From Minisyncoccia bacterium (GTDB lineage Bacteria > Patescibacteriota > Minisyncoccia > Phycocordibacterales > Phycocordibacteraceae), in NCBI GenBank assembly GCA_038207395.1, contig JBBQZW010000003.1, positions 18,131 through 82,130 on the forward strand: a DNA stretch of 64,000 bases, in the 5' to 3' direction. The notes beneath the pieces are model-generated. The model saw nothing but the letters and a program-made list of their open reading frames with translations, was not told the DNA's origin and ran no database searches. Of the stretch, positions 9,881 to 20,370 are shown one piece after another (the first letter of the stretch is position 1; each line of letters starts with the position of its first letter). The translations under genes and the position numbers were made by a program.

Positions 9881-10837
9881 ATGGAATACCAGATCACCCT
9901 ACCATCAAAGCCACGTGTCGTAAGCGAAGAGGGAATGCAGGGAGTATACGAGATCGATTCTCTATACCCTGGCTACGGACACACCCTCGGAAACTCACTA
10001 CGCCGTATTATTCTTTCGTCACTTCCTGGTGCCGCGGTTACTTCAGTGAAAATTGAGGATGTTAACCACGAATTCGCTACCATCGAAGGAGTACGCGAAT
10101 CAGTCATGGAGATTCTTCTTAACCTGAAGCGCGTTCACTTCACGCTTCATGGTGATGAGCCTCAGACCATTCGTCTTTCAATCAAAGGTCCTAAGGAAGT
10201 AACGGCTTCCGATTTCAGCCTTCCAACGCAGGTTGAGGTTGCTAACCCTGATCAGCACATTTGTGACATCTCAGGAAAAATTTCATTTGAACTTGAAGCA
10301 ACCATCGAGCGCGGTCTTGGATACGTTCCGCGTGAAGTACTTACGAAGGAGAAAGTAGACATTGGCACTATCGCCCTTGATGCTACCTTCACTCCAATCC
10401 GCCGTGCTAACTACGAAGTAGAAAACATGCGTGTTGGTGATCGTACGGACTTTAATCGTCTCCGACTTCTTATCGAAACAAACGGTACTATCGCTCCTCG
10501 CGAAGCGCTTGAGCGCTCAATCGAGATCATGATCCACCAGCTCAAGTCAGTTGTTGGATTCCAGGAAGGTCAGGAAGAAAGCGGACGTGGGCATATCGGT
10601 TCAGCATCTGAAGCCGATATGGAATCAGCAAAGGACAGCTCAAAGGTAAAGGTTGAAGACATGGGTCTTCCAAGCCGCATCTCAAGCGCACTAGCTGATG
10701 CTGGTATTAAGTCAGCGGCAGGTCTTACCCGTAAGACGGCATCTGCGCTTAAGGAGCTTGATGGCGTAGGAGAGAAGGCAGTTACGGAGATCGAGGAAGC
10801 GCTTGCCACCCTCGGCCTATCGCTCAAGGGCGAGTAA
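9881..10837 (+). CDS. rpoA: DNA-directed RNA polymerase subunit alpha
   Basis: GYGHTLGNSLRRIILSSLPGAAVTSVKIEDVNHEF plus a C-terminal alpha-CTD helix-hairpin-helix. Confidence 0.95.
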   Translation: MEYQITLPSKPRVVSEEGMQGVYEIDSLYPGYGHTLGNSLRRIILSSLPGAAVTSVKIEDVNHEFATIEGVRESVMEILLNLKRVHFTLHGDEPQTIRLSIKGPKEVTASDFSLPTQVEVANPDQHICDISGKISFELEATIERGLGYVPREVLTKEKVDIGTIALDATFTPIRRANYEVENMRVGDRTDFNRLRLLIETNGTIAPREALERSIEIMIHQLKSVVGFQEGQEESGRGHIGSASEADMESAKDSSKVKVEDMGLPSRISSALADAGIKSAAGLTRKTASALKELDGVGEKAVTEIEEALATLGLSLKGE

Positions 10838-10875
10838 TTTGGACGGTTTATTAGAATTGTGGTAACGTAGGAATC

Positions 10876-11229
10876 ATGCGACACAGCGTTAAAGGACGGG
10901 CATTTAATCGGCCGAAAAACCAGCGAACAGCGCTTATGCGCTCGTTAATGCGCTCACTCATTATTCATGAGGGTATTTCGACGACTGAAGCAAAAGCAAA
11001 GGAACTTCGCCCTATGATCGAGAAGATTATCTCTACAGGACGTGTAGATTCAGTGGCTAATCGCCGCCTTGTTTCTGCTCGCCTTGGAAACGATGATGAG
11101 ATTGTAAAGAAAGTCTTTGCAACCCTTTCTCCTCGGTATGCCGAGCGCCCAGGAGGATACACCCGTATCGTGAAGCGCGCTCCTAATGCCGTAAACGCTC
11201 GCGATAACGCGTACATTGCCTTCGTATAG
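10876..11229 (+). CDS. rplQ: 50S ribosomal protein L17
   Basis: MRHSVKGRAFNRPKNQRTALMRSL... Confidence 0.95.
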   Translation: MRHSVKGRAFNRPKNQRTALMRSLMRSLIIHEGISTTEAKAKELRPMIEKIISTGRVDSVANRRLVSARLGNDDEIVKKVFATLSPRYAERPGGYTRIVKRAPNAVNARDNAYIAFV

Positions 11230-11249
11230 GCTCTGCGCTACACCATTCT

Positions 11250-11651
11250 ATGAAAACTATTGCACAAAAAGTAAGCGCACAGCGCACCCTACAAGGAGTT
11301 GAGAAAATCGAGTACACGATTGATGGAGCAGGCCGTACTCTCGGACGTGTGTGTAGCGATGCTGCACAGGCGCTTCTGGGAAAGAAGTCAGCACAGTACG
11401 TAAAGAACCTTGTTCTTCCCGTACACGTGACCATCATTAACGGTGCAAAGATTAAGATCAGCGAAAAGCGAGAAGCTACCACCACCTACATTCGATACAC
11501 CGGATACCCAGGAGGTCTTCGCTCACGCACCATGACTGAACTCAAAGATAAGAAAGGTCTTGAAGAAGTTATCCGTATGACGGTAGATGGTATGATTCCT
11601 CGAAACAAGCTCCGCAAGGATCGTATGAAGAGTCTTTCAATTACGCTGTAG
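11250..11651 (+). CDS. rplM: 50S ribosomal protein L13
   Basis: TLGRVCSDAAQALLGKK...YIRYTGYPGG. Confidence 0.95.
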   Translation: MKTIAQKVSAQRTLQGVEKIEYTIDGAGRTLGRVCSDAAQALLGKKSAQYVKNLVLPVHVTIINGAKIKISEKREATTTYIRYTGYPGGLRSRTMTELKDKKGLEEVIRMTVDGMIPRNKLRKDRMKSLSITL

Positions 11652-11674
11652 TAGTGTAGTATCTGTAAATCATT

Positions 11675-12076
11675 ATGTCTGAAACTACAAAATACACTCT
11701 CGCCATCGGCCGTCGTAAGACTGCGTCTGCTCGCGTAAAGCTCACTCCCGCTACTGAAACCAGCATCATCGTAAATGGCGTTCCTGGAAACGAATACTTT
11801 AGGACGGATAACCGTCGCGCTATTCCGCTCGACGCATTCGGACTTGATGAAATCACCGGTACCTTTGCTGTTGAAGCGAAAGTTCAGGGAGGGGGAGTAA
11901 CGGCTCAGGCAGAAGCTATCCGTATGGGAGTTGCACGCGCACTCACCCTTACCGAAGCAACGCTTCGCGGACCACTTAAAGCTGCTGGATTCCTTAAGCG
12001 TGATCCTCGCGCTGTTGAACGTAAGAAGCCAGGACTTCGCAAGGCTCGTAAGAGTCCACAGTGGAGTAAGCGTTAA
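11675..12076 (+). CDS. rpsI: 30S ribosomal protein S9
   Basis: AIGRRKTASARVKL...GGGVTAQAEAIRMGVARAL...KRDPRAVERKKPGLRKARKSPQWSKR. Confidence 0.95.
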   Translation: MSETTKYTLAIGRRKTASARVKLTPATETSIIVNGVPGNEYFRTDNRRAIPLDAFGLDEITGTFAVEAKVQGGGVTAQAEAIRMGVARALTLTEATLRGPLKAAGFLKRDPRAVERKKPGLRKARKSPQWSKR

Positions 12077-12079
12077 TGT

Positions 12080-12122
12080 TCTCAAAAGAAATACCGCCCA
12101 TTTGGCGGTATTTCTTTTGAGA
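12080..12122 (+). terminator. long perfect hairpin after rpsI (18-bp stem) with no downstream U-tract
   Basis: ctcaaaagaaataccgcc-cattt-ggcggtatttcttttgag. Confidence 0.45.
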
Positions 12123-12237
12123 GATCAACCCTGGAGTTATCTACATCACAGATGTAAACTCTACTTTACATTTACCGTAAAAGAAGATAGAGTTCATGAA
12201 GAGTTGGCATTAGGCCCTGCTCACATTAACTTATTTT

Positions 12238-12756
12238 ATGAAAACATATATTATCCCGATTGTTACGTTCTTTGCAGGTGCTATTGCCTGGTATGGTATT
12301 GCTCCACTTTTTAATCCTCTAGTGACTAACGAAGCGGCTCCAACTGATGTTATGAATAAAACAGATGGCGATGCCATGATGAAGCATGACGGGGAAGCCA
12401 TGACAGGCTCTTCTACAGACAAGAGTGGCGAGGCTATGATGAGCCACGAACGTAGCGGGGTAATTGTTGGAACTGCGGCACATCCTGCTTCTGGAACAGT
12501 AAAGATAGTATCATCAGGTGGTAAGAACTTTATTCGCTACGAAAATTTGAAGACGATCAATGGCCCTGATATCTATGTCTATCTTGCAAACGACCTTGGC
12601 GCAAAAGACTACGTAAAGATTGCAAAGGTAAAGTCAACTGAAGGATCAAGCAACTACGAGATCCCTTCTACGGTTGATGCTAATAAATACAAATACGTAC
12701 TTATTTGGTGTGAACAGTTTGGGGTTCTCTTTAACTCTGCAGAGCTTAAGGGATAG
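12238..12756 (+). CDS. DM13-domain protein (secreted or membrane-anchored)
   Basis: N-terminal TM. GTVKIVSSGGKNFIRYENLKTINGPDIYVYLAND...YVLIWCEQFGVLFNSAEL follows the DM13 domain pattern. Confidence 0.55.
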   Translation: MKTYIIPIVTFFAGAIAWYGIAPLFNPLVTNEAAPTDVMNKTDGDAMMKHDGEAMTGSSTDKSGEAMMSHERSGVIVGTAAHPASGTVKIVSSGGKNFIRYENLKTINGPDIYVYLANDLGAKDYVKIAKVKSTEGSSNYEIPSTVDANKYKYVLIWCEQFGVLFNSAELKG

Positions 12757-12785
12757 TCGATAGATTCTACAAAGAATCATCTGTG

Positions 12786-12822
12786 CAAATGAAGACGCTG
12801 CCCCAAAGGGGCAGCGTCTTCA
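12786..12822 (+). terminator. rho-independent terminator
   Basis: aatgaagacgctgcccc-aaa-ggggcagcgtcttcatt. Confidence 0.6.
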
Positions 12823-12877
12823 TTACCTACTCACTACTCATGACATACTATGCGCATACGAACATAATCACCATCTT

Positions 12878-13282
12878 ATGAAAGGATATATAGAAAACAT
12901 TGAAGAACGTACGCTACAGAATGATACGTTTCGAACCGTGCTCTACACGGGAAATTATCTACAACTCGTGATAATGAGTGTACCGACAGGAGAGGAAATT
13001 GGGATGGAGATGCACGGGCAGGATCAGTTCATTCGTGTTGAAGCCGGAACAGGTGTTGCCGTGCTTGATGGGGTTGAGCATACCCTGTCTGACGGCACTG
13101 CAGTTGTTGTTCCTGCAGGTACGCACCACAACATCATAAATATCGGCGCTGATGCATTGAAGCTCTATACTATATATGCCGCGCCACATCACACTGATGG
13201 CATTATCCATCAAACAAAAGCAGATGCTGAGCGCGATGAAAAAGAACATTCAGATGAGTTCTTGGGAGATACGACAGAGTAG
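12878..13282 (+). CDS. cupin-domain protein
   Basis: GEEIGMEMHGQDQFIRVEAGTG...VVVPAGTHHNIINIG is a two-motif cupin pattern. Confidence 0.6.
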   Translation: MKGYIENIEERTLQNDTFRTVLYTGNYLQLVIMSVPTGEEIGMEMHGQDQFIRVEAGTGVAVLDGVEHTLSDGTAVVVPAGTHHNIINIGADALKLYTIYAAPHHTDGIIHQTKADAERDEKEHSDEFLGDTTE

Positions 13283-13292
13283 CAAAAATCTA

Positions 13293-13305
13293 AAGTTTCA
13301 AACTT
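13293..13305 (+). promoter_or_regulatory. palindrome AAGTTTCAAACTT upstream of lexA (candidate LexA operator)
   Basis: 6-bp inverted arms around one central base, about 70 nt upstream of the lexA start. Inference only. Confidence 0.25.
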
Positions 13306-13375
13306 GTGTATATTGTGTGGAAAAGTAAAGAGGTTGTGTATTCCAGCTAGCGCAGTGTACTGATACGATAATCAT

Positions 13376-14083
13376 ATGAGTCGGCTTGTATCACTTACTT
13401 CAGCACAGAAAGAAACACTGAACGTGATTCAGACGCACACTGACACACATGGCCATTCTCCTACGGTTACCGAACTTGCTAGCATTCTTAATCTCAAATC
13501 ACTAAGAAGTGTCGGTCAGCGTATTGAAGCCCTAGAAAAGAAGGGACTAATTACTCGTGACCGATTTAAGCATCGAAGTATTAGTATTTTAAATGGGGTG
13601 AGATCACAACTCTCCTCTGACCTTATTCATATTCCGGTTATAGCGTCAGCAGGGTGTGATGCTATGGAAGTATTCGCTGAGCAAAGTTTTGGAGAATATA
13701 TTGTTATTGATAAGAGTTTGATTGGGGGAAAGAAAGATAGTTCAAACATTGCAGCGGTACGAGCTGTGGGGGATTCTATGCAAGATGCTGGCATCTTCAG
13801 TGGAGACTACGTAATTGTGGAAGTTACCGGCGAAGTTGAAAACGGAGATCGTGTTGTCGCGGTGCTCGGTAACATGGCAGTTATCAAGCGGTACTCTCGC
13901 ATAGATGAGGTTGTGTACTTAAATCCAGAAAACAAGTATGGAACGTATCACCCTATAGTAGTTCGCGAAGAAGACTCACGCATTTTCGGCAAGGTACTTT
14001 CAATCATTCCTGGAACGGAATGGGTGGACGACATCAAGGTTGAGTACTATACAGAAATTGATCAGCCAAACCAATACCGCTAA
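13376..14083 (+). CDS. lexA: LexA repressor (S24 peptidase)
   Basis: N-terminal wHTH (SPTVTELASILNLKS), then S24 autopeptidase with AVRAVGDSM (catalytic Ser) and a downstream Lys. Confidence 0.8.
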   Translation: MSRLVSLTSAQKETLNVIQTHTDTHGHSPTVTELASILNLKSLRSVGQRIEALEKKGLITRDRFKHRSISILNGVRSQLSSDLIHIPVIASAGCDAMEVFAEQSFGEYIVIDKSLIGGKKDSSNIAAVRAVGDSMQDAGIFSGDYVIVEVTGEVENGDRVVAVLGNMAVIKRYSRIDEVVYLNPENKYGTYHPIVVREEDSRIFGKVLSIIPGTEWVDDIKVEYYTEIDQPNQYR

Positions 14084-14151
14084 AACACTGGCACATACTC
14101 ACCAGTCCATCCTTTTGACTCCTAATATTCTTTAAGGCATAGTCTGTATAT

Positions 14152-14700
14152 ATGGAAGATGATGTAACTATAGAGCGCGACGGTCGCGAAGAAGACGGGC
14201 TTAGTGAGGAAGACCTTGAAGCCACGGAATCACGCGTGGATTCAAAGGTGCAGAAAGGTAAGAAAGAACTTGATGCCTGCAAGAAAGAAAAGCAGGAATA
14301 TCTTGATGGATGGCAGCGTGCAAAAGCTGACTATGTGAATGCGCTAAAGCGGTTTGAGGAAGACACGAAGAATGCACGTGAACAAGGCACCGTAAAGGCA
14401 GTAAAGGCACTTCTGCCCGCATACGACGCATTAGTGCGCGCAAAGACTGCTGGTGAGGTTCCTGAGGGCTTCGCAGGCATTGCTAAGCAGCTAGAGTCTG
14501 CATTCGGAAGCTTCGGCATTACCGTTATAGGTGAAGTTGGAGAAGCGTTTGATCCTGTACGCCATGAAGCACTTGGCTCCGATATTACCGACGACCTTAC
14601 GAAAGACGACACCGTAAGCGGCATTCTAGAGCAAGGGTACACCATCGGTGAAGCCGTTCTCCGTCCCGCCCGCGTACGTGTTTACTCCCTTGAGATATAG
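14152..14700 (+). CDS. grpE: nucleotide exchange factor GrpE
   Basis: Coiled-coil N-terminus and C-terminal GEAFDPVRHEALGS...GYTIGEAVLRPARV, typical of GrpE. Confidence 0.85.
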   Translation: MEDDVTIERDGREEDGLSEEDLEATESRVDSKVQKGKKELDACKKEKQEYLDGWQRAKADYVNALKRFEEDTKNAREQGTVKAVKALLPAYDALVRAKTAGEVPEGFAGIAKQLESAFGSFGITVIGEVGEAFDPVRHEALGSDITDDLTKDDTVSGILEQGYTIGEAVLRPARVRVYSLEI

Positions 14701-14787
14701 TCAGTACTTGAATACAAAAGCGTACAGGAGTAAAATAGAACTATTGGTGCGAAGGGCAAATTACTACATTTCTAATACGAAATCTCT

Positions 14788-16692
14788 ATGGCAAAAATTC
14801 TAGGTATTGACCTGGGTACAACAAACTCCGCCATGGCCATCATGGAAGGAGGCGAACCACGCGTTATTGAAAACGCTGAGGGAGCACGTACAACTCCTTC
14901 AATCGTAGCGATAGCAAAGAACGGTGAACGTCTTGTGGGAACACTCGCAAAGCGCCAGGCCGTAACAAACCCAAAAAATACTATCTACGGTATTAAGCGC
15001 TTTATGGGTCATCGTTTTGAGGATGATGTGGTTAAGAAGGATAAGGATGTTCTTCCGTATGAAGTTAAGGCAGGTCCTGATGGAGGGGTTGTCGCACATC
15101 TTGGTGATAAGGACTATCGTCCTGAAGAAATTTCAGCGATGATCCTCACAAAGCTTAAGACCGATGCTGAAGCAAAGCTTGGCGAGAAAATCACAGAAGC
15201 CGTTATTACGGTGCCTGCATACTTTGACGACGCACAGCGAAATGCAACAAAGGCTGCCGGGGAAGTTGCAGGTCTGAAAGTTCTACGCATCATCAATGAA
15301 CCAACGGCTGCTGCGCTCGCATATGGATTTAATAAGAAGAAGGAAGAAAAGATTGTGGTGTATGACTTCGGAGGAGGAACATTCGACGTTTCTGTTCTTG
15401 AGGTGGGTGACGATGTTATCGAAGTAAAGTCTACAGACGGTGACTCACATATGGGTGGCCGCGACATTGACCAGAAAATTGTCCGCTGGATCGCTGACGA
15501 ATATAAAAAGGAAAGCGGCATTGATGTAACGAAGGACGCACTCGCGCTTCAGCGTCTTGATGAAGCTGCAGAAAAGGCAAAGCACGAGCTTTCAAGTTCT
15601 GCGGAAACGGAGATCAATATTCCGTTCATCACTTCAACGTCAGAGGGACCTCAGCACCTCCTTATTAAGCTCTCTCGCTCAACGCTCGAGCAGCTGGCGT
15701 CTGAGTATGTCACGCGTTCTATAGACATTGTTAAGCGCGCACTTGAGGCGGCTAATATGAAGGCAGGAGACATCAACGAAATTATCATGGTGGGCGGTCA
15801 GACCCGTATGCCACTCATTCAGGAAGAGGTGAAGAAAATCTTTGGAAAGGATCTTCACATGGGTGTTAACCCTGACGAGGTGGTTGCCATTGGTGCGGCT
15901 ATTCAGGCAGGTATTCTCCAAGGAGATGTTAAGGATATTCTTCTCGTGGACGTTATCCCGCTCTCACTCTCTATTGAGACCATGGGCGGCGTTGCCACCA
16001 AACTCATCGAGCGCAACACGGCAGTCCCAACCTCACGCAGTCAGACATTCTCAACTGCCGCTGATAACCAGACCAGCGTTGAGATTCATGTGGTTCAGGG
16101 AGAGCGCGCAATGGCTAACGACAACAAAGACCTAGGCAAGTTTACGCTTGATGGTATTCCACCAGCTCCGCGCGGTATGCCGCAGGTTGAGGTTTCCTTT
16201 GACCTTGATACCAACGGAATCCTCACCGTGAAGGCAAAGGATAAGACAAGTGGAAAAGAGCAGTCCATCACTATCACCGGTTCAACAGGTCTCTCTCAAG
16301 CTGACATCGACAAGATGAAAGCTGACGCGGAAACGCATGCTGATGAGGACGCAAAGCGTAAGGAGATTATCGAAGCAAAGAACCTTGCCGAGCAGCTCAT
16401 CTACACGGCTGAGAAAGCACTAAAGGATGCAGGTGACAAAGCTCCAGCTGACGTGGTTACGGAAGTAAATGAGAAAATTACGGCGCTTCGTACTGCGCGC
16501 GAAGGAGATGACCTCGCCGCAATAACGACTGCCTCAGAAGCACTCGGAACCTCTCTCTCAAAGATTGGTGAAGCAATGCAAAAGGCTCAGGCTGAGCAGG
16601 GAACAGCTGAGAGTGCACCTGCTGAAGGAACAGCTCCTGATGCTGCTGCCACCGACGCAGAGTTCACGGAGAAACCTGAAGAGGCTGCGTAA
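14788..16692 (+). CDS. dnaK: molecular chaperone DnaK (Hsp70)
   Basis: [29 protein letters not shown] and [10 protein letters not shown]-type motifs. Confidence 0.97.
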   Translation: MAKILGIDLGTTNSAMAIMEGGEPRVIENAEGARTTPSIVAIAKNGERLVGTLAKRQAVTNPKNTIYGIKRFMGHRFEDDVVKKDKDVLPYEVKAGPDGGVVAHLGDKDYRPEEISAMILTKLKTDAEAKLGEKITEAVITVPAYFDDAQRNATKAAGEVAGLKVLRIINEPTAAALAYGFNKKKEEKIVVYDFGGGTFDVSVLEVGDDVIEVKSTDGDSHMGGRDIDQKIVRWIADEYKKESGIDVTKDALALQRLDEAAEKAKHELSSSAETEINIPFITSTSEGPQHLLIKLSRSTLEQLASEYVTRSIDIVKRALEAANMKAGDINEIIMVGGQTRMPLIQEEVKKIFGKDLHMGVNPDEVVAIGAAIQAGILQGDVKDILLVDVIPLSLSIETMGGVATKLIERNTAVPTSRSQTFSTAADNQTSVEIHVVQGERAMANDNKDLGKFTLDGIPPAPRGMPQVEVSFDLDTNGILTVKAKDKTSGKEQSITITGSTGLSQADIDKMKADAETHADEDAKRKEIIEAKNLAEQLIYTAEKALKDAGDKAPADVVTEVNEKITALRTAREGDDLAAITTASEALGTSLSKIGEAMQKAQAEQGTAESAPAEGTAPDAAATDAEFTEKPEEAA

Positions 16693-16706
16693 GTAAGTAG
16701 TAAAAA

Positions 16707-16748
16707 TAGAACAAGCACGCAGGTTTACCTGCGTGCTTGTTCTATTAT
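16707..16748 (+). terminator. rho-independent terminator
   Basis: agaacaagcacgcagg-ttta-cctgcgtgcttgttct followed by attat. Confidence 0.6.
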
Positions 16749-16792
16749 ATCTTTATGGTATAGTTTAATCTGGTTTTGTGAAAGGGAAACGT

Positions 16793-17209
16793 ATGACTAA
16801 AGTTCTTTCGATTGCAGTAATTTCAATTATTGCAATCACGCTGTGGAGCGTCGGCGAAACTATAGCTGCTCTGATTTTTTGGGTGGCAGCGTTTGCGGGT
16901 TTCCAGATGGCTCTTTTTCTCGTAGAGCAACAAAAGCTTCAGGAGGATATACCACGTGCCCTTCGTCAAACCATTACTCCCACAGGGATGATGAGTGTCG
17001 GCGACATCGCTACACAAGTTCGACATCTTCGATGCGAGCAAAAATTTGGGGAGAAGTCCATTGATCTTCTTTCTACAATCCCGCAAGTTTCCATCTTCTC
17101 AGTATCAAAAGCTCTTGATCAACTGAGAAAGAAAGGAGTTATCGAAGTCCAGTACAGTGGGTATGAACCCAAACGCAGGACCGCATATCGCCTTAAGGAA
17201 GCTGCTTGA
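16793..17209 (+). CDS. hypothetical membrane protein with C-terminal winged-helix-like segment, sitting between dnaK and dnaJ
   Basis: Two N-terminal TM helices. C-terminal ...SIFSVSKALDQLRKKGVIEV resembles a MarR/PadR-like recognition helix. Confidence 0.4.
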   Translation: MTKVLSIAVISIIAITLWSVGETIAALIFWVAAFAGFQMALFLVEQQKLQEDIPRALRQTITPTGMMSVGDIATQVRHLRCEQKFGEKSIDLLSTIPQVSIFSVSKALDQLRKKGVIEVQYSGYEPKRRTAYRLKEAA

Positions 17210-17213
17210 AGCT

Positions 17214-17255
17214 TAAAAACTCTCCTCGCGCCCATCAAAGCGCGAGGAGTTTTTC
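17214..17255 (+). terminator. rho-independent terminator
   Basis: aaaaactcctcgcgc-ccatcaaa-gcgcgaggagttttt. Confidence 0.6.
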
Positions 17256-17313
17256 ATATATATTTTAGACTTTTGCATACAAAAACTGATAGGCGTATAG
17301 TTATAGTACTCAT

Positions 17314-18393
17314 ATGGCAAAAAACTATTACGACATCCTGGGCGTTGACACAAAGGCCACGTCGGACGATGTGAAGAAAGCCTTTCGCAAACTTGCACAA
17401 AAACACCACCCTGATAAAGGGGGAGATGAGTCAAAGTTCAAGGAGATAACCGAAGCCTACAGCATTCTTTCTGATGACAAGAAACGTCGTGAGTATGACA
17501 ACTACGGCCAGACGTTTAATGGTGCTGGGCCTCAGCAGGGTCAGGGTGGAGGAAATCCGTTTGGCGGATTTGACTTCAGTGGATTCGGACAGGGAGGTGT
17601 TGAGTTTGATTTCGGCGATATCTTTGGAGGAGGATTTGGTGACATCTTTGGAGGAGGAGCTCCGCGCGCGCGCCGTGGACGCGATATTTCTATAGACATC
17701 GAAGTGAGTTTTAAAGAAGCAGTCATGGGCGGAAAGCGTGAAGTTCTCATCACGAAGATTGGTACGTGCGAAACCTGTAAAGGAGATGGTGCAAAGCCCG
17801 GCACAGAGATGAAGACCTGTGAGACTTGTAACGGCGCAGGAAAGGTTCATGAGACTCGTAACTCAATGCTAGGTGCCTTCTCAAGCGTACGCGCCTGCCC
17901 AACATGCGAAGGCTCAGGAAAGATTCCTTCAGAGGCATGTGACAACTGTAAAGGTCGGGGTGTATTAAAGAAGCAAGAGGAAATAAAAATAACCATTCCT
18001 GCAGGCATTGATGGAGGTGAGATGATCCGCATGCCAGGGCTCGGAGAAGCCATAAAGAATGGTATGTCTGGGGACTTGTATGTAAAAGTTCACGTAAAAC
18101 CGCATCCGGTGTTTAAAAAAGACGGTTTGAATCTCGTTATGCAGGCACCACTTAAACTCACCGATGCACTTCTGGGAACAACCATCTCAGTCACGACCGT
18201 TGACGACAAAGTACTCGAAGTGAAGGTCCCCGCCATGAGCGCTCCAGAAGAGACACTTCGCATTCGTAGTAAAGGAGTACACACCGAACGCGGTACCGGT
18301 GATCTTCTTATTCGTCTATCCGCAACGCTCCCTAAGAAACTTTCAAACAAGGCGAAGAAAGCTATAGAAGAACTGAAGGCAGAAGGGTTCTAA
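17314..18393 (+). CDS. dnaJ: molecular chaperone DnaJ
   Basis: J-domain with HPD, a G/F-rich region, four CxxCxGxG zinc-finger repeats. Confidence 0.95.
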   Translation: MAKNYYDILGVDTKATSDDVKKAFRKLAQKHHPDKGGDESKFKEITEAYSILSDDKKRREYDNYGQTFNGAGPQQGQGGGNPFGGFDFSGFGQGGVEFDFGDIFGGGFGDIFGGGAPRARRGRDISIDIEVSFKEAVMGGKREVLITKIGTCETCKGDGAKPGTEMKTCETCNGAGKVHETRNSMLGAFSSVRACPTCEGSGKIPSEACDNCKGRGVLKKQEEIKITIPAGIDGGEMIRMPGLGEAIKNGMSGDLYVKVHVKPHPVFKKDGLNLVMQAPLKLTDALLGTTISVTTVDDKVLEVKVPAMSAPEETLRIRSKGVHTERGTGDLLIRLSATLPKKLSNKAKKAIEELKAEGF

Positions 18394-18429
18394 ATACTGA
18401 GCGTCTTGGATATCGTATACTACTAGTAT

Positions 18430-18960
18430 ATGGACGCACTTAGCGGCATCACCACTCAAGTAAATGCCTTTGCGAGCCATGGCGTGGCGAGCGCATGGGT
18501 TATTGCAGGGAACTTTCTCATACTATTCATCATGACGCTCGTCATGATTGGCTTTTCCTACAAAGCAGGGCGTGGCGGAATCATCTCGCTCCTAGTTGCG
18601 TTCTATGCGGGATACGCGTTGTATCTTGTCTTTCCCTATACGCAGAGCATTATTGGTGCCGCTACGTCCGTTCCGATAAAAGCAATAATCAGTATTGTGA
18701 TATACGGAATCTGCACATTCATTCCATTTCATTTCATTCAGCGGCTCGTCGGTTCAGGATTTGGAGTGCTTTCGTTCGTGCCGCGCTTCGCTCTTTCATT
18801 TCTTGCCGCTGCATTTCTTTTGGCTTTGGCATACCATGTCTTCCACGTAAGTAATATCTACACCTTCCCGGACCCTATTAACAGCCTTTTTGCCCCTAAT
18901 CAGTATTTCTTCTGGTGGTTCATTGCCCCGCTGCTAGGGCTTTTGTTTTTCATTCACTAA
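18430..18960 (+). CDS. hypothetical polytopic membrane protein
   Basis: About five predicted TM helices. No conserved motif recognised. Confidence 0.5.
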   Translation: MDALSGITTQVNAFASHGVASAWVIAGNFLILFIMTLVMIGFSYKAGRGGIISLLVAFYAGYALYLVFPYTQSIIGAATSVPIKAIISIVIYGICTFIPFHFIQRLVGSGFGVLSFVPRFALSFLAAAFLLALAYHVFHVSNIYTFPDPINSLFAPNQYFFWWFIAPLLGLLFFIH

Positions 18961-19011
18961 GGCCTCATTAGCCACAAGCTGTGCGGAAATAGCATATGGT
19001 ATAGTCGGCAT

Positions 19012-20244
19012 ATGAATCTTGTAGATGACCTCAAAGCGCGTGGACTCGTTGAGCACACGAGTGCTGAACTTACCGACATTCTTGGAAAACCGCGAACGGT
19101 ATATTTGGGAGTGGATCCAACAGCCGACTCGATGCAAGCAGGGAACTTAGTACTGGTACTACTTTTAAAGCGTCTTGCTGACGCGGGCCACAAAATCGTG
19201 CTTATCGTGGGTGGAGGCACGGGCATGATCGGAGATCCAAAAGAAAAAGGGGAGCGCCCCCTCGCTGATGAACGTACGGTTTCTAAAAACAAGAAAGCCT
19301 TAAAAGCTCAAATGCAGGCAATACTTGGGCGTAAGATTACGGTGATTGATAACGCTGACTGGCTCCTTAAGGTAAAACTAGTGGACTTCCTTCGTGATAT
19401 AGGAAAACATTTCACCGTCAACGAACTAGTGAAGCGCGACGTTATTCGTCGAAGACTTGAAACTGCAGAAGAAAGTATTTCATACACCGAATTTGCGTAC
19501 TCACTTCTGCAGGGGTACGACTACCTCGTGCTTAATCAAAAATACGGAGTTGATGTACAGATTGGAGGTTCTGACCAGTGGACTAATATTCTTTCAGGGG
19601 TTGAGCTTATTCGTCGAAAGACTGGACGTGAAGCATTCGCCCTTACCTGCCCGCTTGTTACTGATGCTTCCGGAAAGAAATTCGGGAAATCAGAAGGGAA
19701 CGCTGTATGGCTTTCTGCAGAAAAGACTTCACCCTATGCTTTTTATCAGTTTTGGCTTAACCAACCAGACGAGGTAGTGGGGAAATATCTTAAGTTTTAT
19801 ACCTTCATGTCTCCCTTTGAGATTGATGCGCTTATGGAACTTCATGGACGAACTCCCGGAAAGCGCGATGCACAGAAGATGCTTGCACGACACGTAACAG
19901 AAACCGTTCATGGGGCACGAGCGGCAGAAGAAAGTATTGCTGTGTCTGAAGCACTCTTTGGTGAACGAGCGCTATCATCACTCACCCGTGAAGAAATGAC
20001 GGTTATTCAGAAGAATGCGCCATTTGCGAAAGTATCTTCTGGAACATCGGTGATAGACGCACTGGTACAAAGTGGTCTTACTCCTTCAAAGAGTGAGGCT
20101 CGTCGCCTTATCGAAGGGAAAGGAATAAGTATTAATGGAGAAACCGTGACCGATACAAATGCCGTGCTGACAACTGAAGAGGTGCTTGGTGGACTTGCCT
20201 TAGTAAAGCGGGGTAAGCAGGCTGCAGTCGTCAGTATTTGGTAG
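19012..20244 (+). CDS. tyrS: tyrosine--tRNA ligase
   Basis: Class I KMSKS-type motif KFGKS plus a C-terminal S4-like domain. Confidence 0.9.
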   Translation: MNLVDDLKARGLVEHTSAELTDILGKPRTVYLGVDPTADSMQAGNLVLVLLLKRLADAGHKIVLIVGGGTGMIGDPKEKGERPLADERTVSKNKKALKAQMQAILGRKITVIDNADWLLKVKLVDFLRDIGKHFTVNELVKRDVIRRRLETAEESISYTEFAYSLLQGYDYLVLNQKYGVDVQIGGSDQWTNILSGVELIRRKTGREAFALTCPLVTDASGKKFGKSEGNAVWLSAEKTSPYAFYQFWLNQPDEVVGKYLKFYTFMSPFEIDALMELHGRTPGKRDAQKMLARHVTETVHGARAAEESIAVSEALFGERALSSLTREEMTVIQKNAPFAKVSSGTSVIDALVQSGLTPSKSEARRLIEGKGISINGETVTDTNAVLTTEEVLGGLALVKRGKQAAVVSIW

Positions 20245-20283
20245 TGGAATATATCGGGCCAAACTGCTATACTCGCCAGTATT

Positions 20284-20369
20284 GCGTCGGTGGCAGAGTG
20301 GTCAATTGCAAGGGACTGTAAATCCCTCGACTCCGGTCTACGAAGGTTCGAATCCTTCCCGGCGCACCA
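20284..20369 (+). tRNA. tRNA-Tyr (anticodon GTA), type II with long variable arm, CCA encoded
   Basis: Acceptor stem GCGTCGG/CCGGCGC with one G-U pair. Anticodon stem AGGGA/TCCCT with loop CTGTAAA. T-arm GAAGG-TTCGAAT-CCTTC. 3' end ACCA. Confidence 0.85.
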
Positions 20370-20370
20370 A

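Noticed and set aside
14084-14790. CIRCE heat-shock operator upstream of grpE/dnaK
   Set aside because: No TTAGCACTC-N9-GAGTGCTAA-like inverted repeat is visible in either upstream region.
14899-16277. Several antisense and alternate-frame ORFs inside dnaK (for example 15114..15521 -)
   Set aside because: They lie fully within the dnaK coding sequence, which is unambiguous.
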